Shown piece after piece: positions 24,419 to 37,077 of a stretch of 64,000 nt of DNA. Within the stretch, counting starts at the first letter, position 1, and every line of letters begins with the position of its first letter. Origin of the DNA: Fistulifera solaris (Eukaryota); NCBI GenBank assembly GCA_030295235.1, contig AP026127.1:1054001-1118000 (forward strand), given 5' to 3'. The position numbers and the translations under genes are program-made. The notes below the pieces were generated by a model. The model was not told the DNA's origin, did not search any database, and saw only the letters and a program-made list of their open reading frames with translations.

Positions 24419-25761
24419 CTAACTGTCGCTCTGCATCGCTTCCTGTTGTGTCTTATGCTGGAGTTCTTTTGATAGAACTGTGGATCGACGCATGGCCTGG
24501 TCCAGAACGGCTATACCTCGACGGATCACACTTTCTCTCCACACCCTCGATTGCGGGTAAAACGCTCGTTTGGTAGTACATTTGGCCCACTCCGAGGCCT
24601 CCGCTTCTGGCAAATACTGATAAGCCGCGTTTTCGAGAAACAACGCTATACCCACCAACATTGAGGGTATCGTTCCAAATTCTTGCGTGACAACCCAAGA
24701 ATGCTCCAACAACGGCTCAAAATAATCGCTCAAAAATCCCTGAGCATTCTCGTATCCCTTTGCCACTTGCGTGGCCGCATCGGCATTGGCAAACGGATGT
24801 TGCGCACCCGGAAACCACTGTTCCAAAGGCGCGGCACCACTCGGGTCTTTGACAAGTAATGTATCGACCCCCATCGGACCCAATCCCGTGTGAACATCAA
24901 TCCACGTCGTGACCACTTGACGTTGGGCGTGTTCTGTGAGAAACTCCGCAAACGCAACAAACTCGCCTCGGTTTGTTGCCCGCCGTAAAAAATGCCTTCC
25001 GGTGCATGATACTGTCCCGCCACCATGGCTGTTTTCAGCGCCAACAATCCGTATCGTGCAATTGACCCCAGTCCTTTCAAAAACACAAGACTGAGACTAT
25101 ACCAGGGCACCGGAGGTCCGGGTAAATGAAACAGATAAGCCGCAAATCGATCGTAATTGTCTTGATTAAAATGACGCTCCCGCAGTATTGGCCACACTGT
25201 GCCATCCGGAATTCCGTTGCGATTCAAATCTACATTGTGTTCATTGGCGCGTCGATAATGCTTCATTCCGTAAGGATTGACCGCGTGCACGAGAATGACG
25301 GTGGGCCTCGCTTCTGCTTCTTGTTGGAGCAGTAGTAATTGCAAAAACGTCAATTGAATCGCCGCTCCCGCGTATCCTTCGACACCGTGTGTGCCAGCTG
25401 TATGTATCACCTGTCCCGGTAGTGTTCCGGGGATGATCGCCACGTCCATGGCGTAACTTTCATCCTTACTGGTAGAAGAATCTTGGACGGGGCGAACTAC
25501 CACTGGAAGACGATGCAGTTCAATTTCGGGGAATTTGTGCTGCGCAATTTTCACGGCTTGCTGAAATTTCAAAGAAGATTGTTCGAGTGTATCACTAAAA
25601 ACAACGCACGGATGAATGGTTTGATTGTGAATGGAAAGAGAGGGTTCATCAAGCGAACAGAATTGCTCCATATGCCAGAGCACCATTTTCCCGTCCGAAT
25701 AGAGCAACAGAACAGCGGTCGTCACCGCAATGAAGGAAGGAACGATGAATGTACACCACAT
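24419..25761 (-). CDS. M14-type zinc carboxypeptidase-like protein (DUF2817-like)
   Basis: Motifs AGTHGVEGYAG, LVHAVNPYG, RRANEHNVDLNRN, WIDVHTGLG, TQEFGT; 1-nt frameshift near 24945. Confidence 0.85.
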
Positions 25762-26413
25762 ATCGTTTTAAGTTCAATAGTTGAGAAACAAGAAACAATG
25801 CTTATGACAGAAGCATCATTGATTGACAGGAATGAGTTTTGCAATGCGACAATAACACACGCGATGCGTGACGCAAAAATCTTTGCATCGATTCATGACT
25901 GAAAAATGCAGTCGGGGAAAAAGGTAGTTTTCACTTTGGGTCTATAGTAAAAACGGAAGACGATCACGATTGGTAGAAACATCAACATTCGAGGCATGAT
26001 TTGCAAATACTCACTCCTAAAAGTATTGCCTCATGCTATAGAAAACTCAGCTCATCAAAATGAGTCGAACGAACGAGATTCCACCGCCCCATTTGGATTG
26101 AAGAATCATTATTATTTATTCATGACGGAAAGGCAGTCGTGTTATCCGTAAACCAACACTTTTGAGCTATAGTAAATTTCTAATACCGAAGACAACGATC
26201 TCCTCCACGCGATGAGACTTCAACGCCAAAAAGCGCATTGCATTGCATTGCATTGCATACCAGGTAGTGCAAGTGAATAAGTCAACTGCATCGCGAGAAA
26301 GACAAATGTTACCATTTAAGATTGCACTGTTGAGCATCGTATCGCGCATGAACGTTGAATAAATATTAAGGAGTGAGGGATAGACGAAACACAAGCCGTT
26401 TTCTTCGAAGAGT

Positions 26414-27438
26414 ATGCCTGCCTTACAACGCAGAACGATTATGAATACTTCCCTACAGGCCCATCTTCGACAACCTCGTAAGATAGTTCTTGTGTTCGTC
26501 GTCGTCGTTACAATTTGGATGCGAACACAAAATCCCTTAACAATCACAGAGCACGATGATTTGCACCAAATTTATTTATCGGCGCCGTCGAGAAACAATC
26601 CATCCTTTCGCTGTGTCGATCACGACGACGAAACAACCCATCCAACTACTTGTGAATGCCCCGATCCGCTAAAGGCGGCTTCTCGACCAATTACGATTGG
26701 ATTCAGCACCATCAACGGTACATACAATCCATACAAGCGGTCGAACACGAATTGGATGTTGTGTTCTTAGGAGATTCCATCACGGAACACTGGAATGGAA
26801 CACGACGAATGGGGACAATTCCATTGCCTGCGACGTATCGAGCATCGTTCGCTCGTTATTTTGATTCGGAGCATGCGCCGTTGAAGGGACTCTTGTTGGG
26901 GACTTCGGGGGACACGGTGGTAGAACTCTTGTGGCATTTGCAAAATGGAGTGCTCGATGTGCCGACCTTGCAACCTTCAGTATGGGTGTTGTTGATCGGA
27001 ACGAATGATTTGGGGCGCTGGAAATGCTCGAAGCGAACGGTGTTGGCGGCTATTTTACATCTTGCACAGTATTTGCACCAACAAAGACCCGATGCTACAA
27101 TTTTGTTGCATGGTCTTTTGCCACGGAGTGAAGACGACTTGGATTCGTCTCAGCTGGGAAAGTATTGGCAAGACATTCGTTTCATTAATCGCGAGCTGCG
27201 GAAATTTGTGGATATGCATCCGGGTGAATGGTTTTACATGGACGCGAGCACTGTATTCTTACAAAGAGCACCCAAGACGATAGGTGGCGCTGATACTCAA
27301 GGATCGGTACGATTGAAGGCTCAGTACATGCCGGATGGATTACACCCCAACGTCGAAGGTTACGAACAGTGGGCACCACTTTTGGTAGACGCAATTGGCA
27401 AGCGATCCGTGAGTGAAGAAGGCGCACGACAATTCTAG
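26414..27438 (+). CDS. SGNH/GDSL hydrolase (PAF-acetylhydrolase Ib-like) with N-terminal TM anchor
   Basis: VVFLGDSITEHW, GTSGDT, LLIGTND, GLLPR, MPDGLHPN; frameshift near 26688. Confidence 0.88.
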
Positions 27439-27532
27439 TAAGACATTTCAACGTTTTGTACAGGTAGTTGTAACCAGTCTCTATGATTCAAAAATGAGAT
27501 GCATGTATTCAAAATTATAGCGCATCGTTAAA

Positions 27533-28192
27533 TTAGAGGCTAGCGGAAAAATCGTCGTCTTCGAGAGAGCATACAGTGAGATCCTCATCATCGAGGTCTT
27601 TTGGCTTATTCACACACTCAATCTCAATGGGAGGTACAAACTTCTGGCAGTGATCGCAAACTGACATCCGAGAAGCAGTCTTGCGGGTAACAACCTTGAG
27701 AATCACTTCTTTGATGTTGCGCTCTTCCTTCGTCAGATCCAGAGGCGGAATACAGGCTTTCATCCGTGAAAGAGGACTCTTCGAATTCAGGGCAGCTTTC
27801 TCACCTCGAGATGGCAAAGAGGGTGTACTATCGTGTTTGCGAGTTCCACCTCCGAAGTCGCTGAAAGAGTCAGACCACCTTTCCGCGGAATCAATGCTCC
27901 GTTTCATAGAAGCTTTGCGGTTGATGCGACAAAGGCCTTCTTCGCATTGATTCGGAGAATTCGGTGAAACAATCGCGATAGCGCTCGGAAGAGATGACGA
28001 CATGTTTACCTTAGACTTTATCCTGGTAATGTCTCGATCAATATCAAGTGATAGTTCGTCGAGAGAGTCACTTGTAACCACTCTGCGCCGTCGTTCTTTC
28101 CCAGGAGTTGAAGGGGCTGCCCGCAATCGTAGGCCGATTCGTCCTTCGCGCAACGTGCTGATAGAGTTGTGCATGTCGGAATTCTTGATCAT
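27533..28192 (-). CDS. Hypothetical Ser/Arg-rich protein
   Basis: 219-aa ATG-initiated ORF, no domain recognised. Confidence 0.55.
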   Translation of the reverse strand: MIKNSDMHNSISTLREGRIGLRLRAAPSTPGKERRRRVVTSDSLDELSLDIDRDITRIKSKVNMSSSLPSAIAIVSPNSPNQCEEGLCRINRKASMKRSIDSAERWSDSFSDFGGGTRKHDSTPSLPSRGEKAALNSKSPLSRMKACIPPLDLTKEERNIKEVILKVVTRKTASRMSVCDHCQKFVPPIEIECVNKPKDLDDEDLTVCSLEDDDFSASL

Positions 28193-30309
28193 GATACGAA
28201 AAATGAAGGACTTCTGCTAAAACTTGAAGAGCTGAAAATAATGACAAGGGGTAAGGAGGAAAACAATATTTCGATGTTCCAATGAATGAATCTTGGTGAT
28301 GGGTGTTGTTGTTGAAAGTGAAAACGATTACAATTGCGTCAGTCATTGATTTTTAGTAACAGATTGTGTCCAACCAATGAAATGTTACTGACGAACTTAA
28401 GTACTGCGTTTCGTCAAGATGAAAATGAACCGTGCTTAGTACATTGTGGCACCGTTAACGGTGATTGGTGATTGGTGACTCGGAATCAGAAACATATAAT
28501 TATGAAAGTTAAAAGTGAAAAAAAGATCTCGTAGTGTGAATCCCAGATTTGGCACTCTAGCAGCGAGTGTAAACTTGCTGTTAATTACTGATTCTGGCTT
28601 CAAGCAGGAGTACTGTGAACAGAGCAGTGACGGTTCGTATTCTTGATTCTGATTGGTTGATGATTCTTGTCTTTATCGTTGTTTGAATGTCCGTGAAGGG
28701 CCTTTTGCCTTCTGCTATCTGCTATCTGCTACGTAGCTACGTAGTACGTAGTACTCCGTACTTAGTATGTGCATTCTGCATTCTGCATTCTGCATTCTTG
28801 TCTTCTTGTCATTGCGAAAACAAGAAACAAGGCTTTGTTGTTTGTTGTTTCGTTTTTGATCATCACATTTCACATTATTTCACATTATTTTTTAACGTTA
28901 CTTCACGTCTCGTGCAAGGCACGTGTCTAGAGTCTCTAAAAAGAAAGAAAAAGAGCCTCGAAGCTGGAAGTGTCGTTGAATGTTGAGTGTTTCTGTAATA
29001 CTGTAGCATTTCGCACAGATAAAGGACCAAGGATTAAGGATCGGTCAAAGAGTCAAAGACCAAAAAGGGTCTACTAGCTAGATGATTGCCAAACTGTGAG
29101 AAGTGAGAAGTGCGTGCTGCGTGCTAATTGCCCTCTCTAGGTTCTAGCTAGCCCAAGATTCAAACGTCTACTCTCACTACAAGTTTACGAATGAATGATA
29201 GGGAGTAATGACTAATGATCATAGTAAAACGTCGATCCAGCACTCAGCTAGTCTAGCTAAAGTCTAGCGTTCATAAATTTCACTTTTTATTTCTACGATC
29301 TGTTGGGAGTTGGGAGACAAGATACAAAAGATAAAAAAAAATGGAAGAGAAGTGAAGAACCAAGCCTGAAGAACTAAAGTACATGCATTCTGTGTTCTGT
29401 GTTCTTCTGGAAACTAAAAAGCTTGAGAAGCTTTCTCTCTCTCTCTGGAGTTCACATCTTCGAACTTCCAACGTCATAATGTAGACGGATCGATCGTGGA
29501 CGACGTTCCAGTGAATTGTGTCTTATAATACTCTTTAAACAATACTAATGATCCAATGACAGCACTTACTGCGTATAGGCCTATGTCCAATGAATCTTGG
29601 TCCTTCGTCTTTGATCTTTGATCGTTTGATGCATGGTTGGAGAAAAAAATCATCTTATTAGAAGTCTAAGGGGACGAAAATCGAACTCTTACTATAATAT
29701 TTTCACCTTATCATGCTTTCGTGGGTCACAATTCTTTCACATGAAACTAGGTCTAGCTTTAAAAGTTTTCACGACCCAACGCTAATGGCGTATGATGCGA
29801 CACAATAGACGGCCGATCGAGGACATGAACACGTGGTGCGTTCATGAATATCTCCTGCTGGTCGAATGATAATGCTTGAAAATTTTTATGTTCAGATGTG
29901 CGTGTGAAGGACTGAAAATACTAAAGACTGGAAAATAGACCTAGACTGGATTAGATTCCTTTTAAAAGACAGCCGATATAGTATTTTGTTATCTTCAGTC
30001 AATTTAATGGGTTTAAATGACTAGTAGATTTAGAGTGACGTTGAATCGATAACATTGATGGATAATGCGGACAGAAATGGTCCTGGATTAGAACTTTATG
30101 AAAGCTCCAGGATCCAGAATAGTGAATGAATTGATGCACCTAAACCTTAGTAGAGCTTTTGATTTTGAACAGTCGTCTGTCTGCGTATACGCGTATACCG
30201 TACATTTTCGATTGCATGCCATTTGCGTTGCGCGAATAGGTTTGAAGCCTCGTCTTGAGTTAATAACACTGTTGTGAAGCCGTTAATAGTATCGCGAAAG
30301 CACTCAAAT

Positions 30310-32987
30310 ATGACAGAATCGAACGAGAAATGGAGCAAATGCATTGCTTCAATTGCGGAGAATCCGGATTGGATATTGCACGAAGATGCCATCAAACGCG
30401 ACATCTACAATGTTCGCAACTGGACTCTGTATTTGGATGCTATTGAAGAGAAAGAAAACGATGATTCTGCTATCTATGATTTCGTGTCAAAGAGGGCTTT
30501 GCTGGCTCTTCCGAGGAGCTACAAACTATGGAAGCGACATTGGGAGTGGCATCTCAAGAATTCAGCAAATGAGAAGGACCTTATCATCATGATGTTTGAA
30601 CGTGCTTTGCAAACATTATCGCACATGCCTCGTGTTTGGATCAATTATCTGGAATTCTTGTTTGCGAACGAGACAAACACCACTTTTCTTCGGCAAACTA
30701 TAACAAGAGCTTTGCAGGCTTTGCCCATAACGCAACATCAGGAGAAACTCTGGGAACCGTTGATTTTACCTTTTTGGTGAGCAACTCTTGTCCACTGCCG
30801 ACGGAATCCATCTACCGGCTTTTACAACGATATTCATCCCTAGACTTCTCCTTTTTAACGCAATTAGGGGAATGGTGTCAGAGCCACGGACTAGCAGGTC
30901 GGGCGGCGGTTGCGTATCAGACCATTCTGCTTCGAGAAGAAGCCAACAAGGATGACGATCAGCAGCATCATGTATGGGAGGCTTTCGGTGAATTGTGTGT
31001 ACAGCACTCGAGTCAAGTCGCTGAGGTCGGAATACCTTGGGAAAACATACTAAGAGCGGCTCTTCAAGATCCCAATAGTAAAAAGAAACAAAAGTCCACA
31101 TGGTTACCCGGTCGCATCTACGCTTGGTTAGCATCCGCATGGGTTCGAAGAGGCGCATTTGATTTGGCTCGAGTAGTCTATGAAGAAGGTATACATTCGG
31201 TAAACACAGTCCGCGATTTCTCGTTACTATTCGATGCGTACTTGCAGCTCGAACAGGGGTTGGTTGAACACGCGGTAGAGAATATGGATGAGGACGATGA
31301 TATGGAAGAAGATGGAGACAGTGCGGGAAATGATGATAAAGACGATTGGGATGTCTTACTTGAATCAACTTCAGCAAGTAAAATAGCTGATATGGAATTG
31401 GCTTTGCGCAAAGCGGAACACTTAACACAACGACGCCCGTTGCTCTTGAACGCAGTTTTATTGCGACAGAATCCCATGAATGTTCCCGAGTGGCTCAAGA
31501 GGGCTGAACTATTTCGGGAGCAAAATCAGGTGTCACAGGCTACAGTAACGTTGCTGGAAGCTTTGCAGACAGTCACGCATCCGTACGGGGGAACAAGATC
31601 GGCATTGCTCGTTGCGTTGGTCGACCTTCAGAGAAATAACCCTGATGAAGCTCGCTCGTTTCTAAAACAGGCGTGCGTGGAAGATGAAATATCAATGACG
31701 ACCGTAGATGATTTAACTACTTGTTGGACGACTTGGATTGAGTTTGAATTACAGCAAGAGCAGTGGGATGATGCTCTTAGCCTTGCGCGCCAGAGTGTTG
31801 TTTACCGAAAGAACAGGCCCAATTTGACAAAAACTCTCCGGCTATGGGATTTGTTACTTGACCTAGAGGAGAGCTTAGGGACAGTCCAGACTTGCAAAGA
31901 TGCGTATCATCGGGCGATCGAGATCAAAGCTGCTACCCCGCAACACATATTACACTTCACAGCGTTCCTCAAAGAACAAAATTACTTCGAAGAAGCTTTC
32001 TCTGTTTACGAAAAGGGTGTCGAGTTATTTTCTTTCCCTGCATTGAAGCTTATCTGGAGGTCATACATCAAAGACTTTCTCGAACGCTTGGCAGGAAAAA
32101 ATGTGGAACGAACTCGTGATTTGTTCGATAGATGCCTTGAAGCATGTCCATCAGAAGATTGTGCCGAGTTTTACACCCAATACGGTGCCTTTGAAGAGCA
32201 GTACGGATTGACCAAGCGTGCGCTGAACGTGTACAGGAATATGTGTCAAAGAGTTCCCACGAGCGAGAAAGCCGCTGCATACCGCTTGTATATTGTTAAG
32301 ACAATCAAGCACATAGGATTCACCGCGACACGTGACATCTATCAAGAAGCCATCGAAACGCTGCCCGACGAGCAAGCTGCGCTGTTATGCATTGAATTCG
32401 CTCAGATGGAAACAAATCTTCAACAGGTCGATCGTGCGAGGGCTATATTCGTTTATGGTGCCCAAATGGCTGACCCCCGTCGTGTTCCTACCTACTGGAC
32501 GGCTTGGAAAGAGTTTGAAGTGCAATCCGGAAATGAAGAGACATTCCGGGAAATGTTACGGGTCAAGAGAAGTGTCGAGGTTGCTTTCTCTACTAGTAGC
32601 TATAATATAGCTGCCGCTTCTGATAAAGCCATGACAGAAGAAGAAGCGATGCGTATGATTGCAAGTCAGGAAGATGAAGAGGTTGAGGAGCATGCGACAA
32701 AGGCAACTACAGCGGTACAAGGATTTGTTGCTTCGAGTAGTTCTACAAAGAAGCGCACGTCTCAAACGCTGGATGAAGTCGAAGAGAGTGTTGCGAAGTT
32801 GCGTAAAGTAACGCAGCAAATTGTTGCGCCGGATGAAGATGACGCCGAAATCGATATCGATCTAGACGACATTGATGCCGAAATCGAGCAGGCAGCAGCG
32901 GAAGGGGAGATTGCAGCAGTGGAGGATGTAGCCATTAAAGCAGTGCCAGATGCGGTGTTAGGGGCGATGGCTTCTCAGAAATCGTAG
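30310..32987 (+). CDS. SYF1: Pre-mRNA splicing factor SYF1/XAB2 (HAT repeats)
   Basis: RALLALPRSYKLW, FERAL..LSHMPRVW, LLNAVLLRQNPMNV.EW, GKNVERTRDLF, GNEETFREMLRVKRSV; one missing T near 30775. Confidence 0.95.
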
Positions 32988-33268
32988 TTTAAGTTGCATT
33001 GGTAGTCACTACTTATTTTGCATTTCTTAGATCAGCTGAGGTATCGGGCTCAGTCGCCTATCGATCAATCATCTAGAAGTTAAAAGGTCAAGGACACGCG
33101 GTACGACATCCACGTGGAACAATACTCTAGAACGTTAGAAAAACTGCAACTGCAACCCGTGTTTCACTGACGTGCAAAACATAACAGACCTTTGAGCAAA
33201 AAAGGAATACCGACGGAGTAACAACAAGCAAAGACTCTTGCTAATACAAAGTGGTTTGCATATTTGAA

Positions 33269-33812
33269 ATGAAAACACTTTTGTTTTTTGCCTGTTTCAT
33301 CGCGGCTCAGGTCGCGGAATGCTTCGTAATACAAGCACAGACCAATCGATTGGCACATCAACTGCTTCTCTCAACCAGCACCTTTTCAACAAGTCGTTTA
33401 AATATGTCCGATGACGACAAACCAACAGCAGTAAAAGAAGATGTTGTTTCCAGCGATACACCCAGCATGAGTAGCGAAACTGAAACACAGTATCCCCTCG
33501 ATATTCCGTCTCCGATTCTATTGGCTACTTCGATGCTCCTCGCCATTTCTTCGGTCGGTACGTTATATGCTATCTAAAAAAGACGCAATATGCTGTGGAA
33601 AACTCACCTGGTTCTCCTCAGGATCGTTGTTTCAAATGATGGACAGTTCGGCGACACCAGTCTCAGCAGCAATCGCGCTCATTGGCCTCCCTCTTTGCCT
33701 GTTTTTCTTTTACGCTGCCATCACGAAAGCCCAAGCCGAAACGGAAGCGGATGATAAGGCATTTTTAAGAGATCAACGTGGTGTGAGAAATCCCAACGAC
33801 TTCTTCAATTGA
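33269..33812 (+). CDS. Small plastid-targeted two-TM membrane protein
   Basis: Bipartite presequence MKTLLFFACFIAAQVAEC-FVIQ; GT-AG intron 33558-33621 joins ...SVG|SLFQ in frame; two hydrophobic helices. Confidence 0.7.
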
Positions 33813-34131
33813 TGAGATTGTGAGCTAATAAAACTAAAGCTATGGTTTATGGTTGTTTGTCTTACCGCCACCATAATGTACACATACGCGCAGAGTCAAC
33901 TATAGTATTTTCCGTTGTAGTATTTTGTGTGAGTTGATGTGTACAGGCCTGACGAATGTCTGACGGTGTTGATAAAGCCGCATTCCGACGACCATGAAAC
34001 TCTATAGCATTTCTTCGTTCCATTCTTATTATACGACCGACTGTGTTAAGTGTCATCATTCTTACAAACGGAACGTAAATTGAAGAAAGAAACGACTAGT
34101 GTGAAGAACAGTGAAAAGATAGCTCGAAAAG

Positions 34132-37007
34132 ATGACAGCGGCATCCATGAATGGCGTTTCTTCCATCGCCGCATCGAAACATCACGCGCCGCCGTCGTAT
34201 CCAGTGATGGCAGCATTAACCGCATTGCCTCCGCTGACTGTTGGGCAGACTGTTTATTTAATGGATTCGTCATGGCTACAACACTGGTTGAATTGGGCTT
34301 GGAGTCTTCATCCGGCAGATTCATTACAGAGACTGGCACTCCAATGGAATTTGACGATTTCACCGTTCGATGTCGAAGGACCGGGTCCGATCGATTCGTC
34401 GTGTCTCGGTAGTGAGGCAGATGTGACAATTCTGGATCCTTCGATCACTTCGGTCGTTAGCGGAAGCATACTGAGAGTCAGAAGTGACGTAACCACCAAA
34501 GAAGAAAAGAAACAGGATGAAATGAATGCATCGGGTCAAGTTATTGCTGTTTCAGAAGAGTTTTACGAGCATCTGCGGCGCGTTCATGGGGTTGTATGCA
34601 ACGATGGCTATACAGTGTCTTTTCAGCGACAGGAACGAGAGAGTTTGCTACTTTATGAGCCTCTGGAATCGCCGCGGCCTATTGAATTCAAACGGAAAGT
34701 GATTTGGGGAGCGCCGCACACGTCACATCCCGGTCCACATATGAGCCTCATGGAAAAATTGATGCTGCAGGAAGACCGACCGACTCGTGTTCCGGTCGTG
34801 GAATTGCATCCGCCGAAACTGGAATACAGCGTGACCAGAATTGATTTTAATAGCGGCGCGTCGAACCATAACAAGGGCGTCGAAGTGGGAGAGGGCTTTG
34901 TTTACGTTAGTTCTGCTGCACCACTCAGCGATACCATGTCGACAGTGCTAAGAATCGCCGCACCAAATACAGCCAGCCAAAGTGTACGACTGTGGACAGA
35001 AATGAAGTATGCATTTCCAGGGGAAACGAAAATGCCGGTCGACGGGGATGGATTTGAATTGGTAGATTTAGATGACAAAAGCCGCACGGTATCCGATCTG
35101 CAATCTACAAGACTTCTCATTGAAACACGGTGTTCCGTCAATTTACCATGGACTAGACAGGCCTTGATCGATCGGCTTAAGGTTGGTGACTTTGTCGACG
35201 CTCAAGACATTGCAGGGCAATGGTACGAAGCTGTTGTTCGAGAAATAGGTGAAGACACCATAAAAGTTCATTATCTGGGATGGCATAGCAAATGGGATGG
35301 CTTAGTGCCCAAATATAAAACAGAATCGAAGGGACCGGCTCCGCCAGCCCCACTTTGGTCTCGCACAAAACGCTGGAGAGAAAAGTTAAAAGTTGGAGAC
35401 GTTGTAGAAATCCGCGACTCTTCGAGTATCGTTAACCGCCCCAAGTGGTACTCTGGTATCGTCAAACAGATCGGAAAGCCTACCGACAGACCTCGTGTAA
35501 TTGACGGTGGCGCAGAATTGGAAGATTCAAGCCTGCTTCTACTGCATAGGACGCAACAGATATTAGTCGAAGTTGAGCAAGAAAAGGCAGACAAAGCTAC
35601 CATGTCTACGGCACCGATGAGTCCAACAACTGCTGATCCGCCGTTTCGACGCTGGGTTAATTTGTACGGCGAGGAAGTTTGTGCACTTCATACTCATCTC
35701 AATGAGAAGGTCGCAAACGAACCAGCTACGCTTCAGTATGATCTCGGCTATGGTCGTGATAAGCCAGTCGAGGTGTTAAAAGGTCACGGCGCCGGATTTC
35801 TCCGCGAATCGTTACGTGGATCTCCACCCGCTCCTGGTTCCGTGGGCTTGCAAAACTTGGGCAACTCATGTTTTCTTAATTCAATATTGCAATGTTTGAG
35901 TCATATCCAACCATTGACTCAGTACTTTTGAAAGACCAATATCTGCAAGACATTAATAAATCAAATCCGCTTGGTTCGTGCGGTCAGGTTTCAGAGGCTT
36001 ACGCAGGCTTGTTACAGAAAGTCTGGAGCGGCGAGTATTCAATACTTGCGCCTCGTTTGCTCAAGCAAACAGTGGCGTCATTTGCTCCTCAATTCGATAA
36101 TTCGTATCAACATGACTCGCAAGAATTTTGTCAATTCCTCTTGGACGGACTTCACGAAGATTTAAATCGTGTCAAGAAAAAGCCGTACGTCGAAGAATTG
36201 GAGGGTTTTGGACGGCCTGATCACGAGACGGCGATCGAGTCTTGGCGTAAACATTTGTTACGACATGATAGTGTGATTGTCGACTATTGCCAAGGAATGC
36301 ATAGGAGCCATCTTACCTGTCCTCACTGTGGACGGGAGTCGATCAAATTTGATGTTTATTCTAGTATCTCGCTTCCTTTGGTCATGCATAAAGACAAGAT
36401 GTCAACTCTTTCTCTTGAAGACTGCCTGGAAAAATTCATGGAGGGCGAACAGCTTGATGATCTCAATGCCTGGTTTTGCCCTCGATGTCGTAAGCACGTT
36501 TGCGCGCTAAAATTGATTGCGTTGTGGAGTGTGCCAGATATTCTGATTCTCCATTTGAAGCGTTTTACCTTCGATACTTGTTTGACATCCGGCACCATGC
36601 TACGCAGTAAGATTGATTGTAAGGTCGAGTTCCCAATCGATAACTTGGATCTCACCAAGCACGTGCTTGGTCCAATTGATCCTGATGCACCCCCAATTTA
36701 TAGCTTATTTGGAGTAAGCGAACACACCGGACCAACGGCGAACTCTGGTCATTATACCGCGACTGTTCGTAACTCGGTCAATGGTAATTGGTATCGTTAC
36801 AACGACAGCCACGTTGGTCGCACATCTGGTGAGGCATCTGTGACAGGTGGTGCATACGTGCTTTTTTATCAACGAACCAAGGGGATTTCAAAATGGGGAG
36901 GAATGGATAGAGTAATGAAAGAGAAAGGTATTGATCCTTACAATGGGCTTGAAACCGACCAAGAGGGTTTCACAAAGGTTAAAAGCAAAAGAAGAAGTGA
37001 TAGATAA
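34132..37007 (+). CDS. Ubiquitin-specific protease (C19) with DUSP-like and Tudor/chromo-barrel-like domains
   Basis: Cys box GLQNLGNSCFLNSILQCL, QHDSQEF, LILHLKRF, His box SGHYTA..WYRYNDS; N-terminal PGPIDSS; one missing T near 35927. Confidence 0.93.
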
Positions 37008-37077
37008 AAGCTAGCATTTCTCCATCTGGTTATTGTACCCTTTAGAACACTTCTGTGTGTCGAGTATATTACAGTTG

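Noticed and set aside
5091..30202. TACAGTA / TACCGTA / TACGGTA as Tc1-type footprints (5091, 5105, 5731, 7594, 15892, 30196)
   Set aside because: 7-mers are expected several times by chance in 64 kb and there is no empty-site control.
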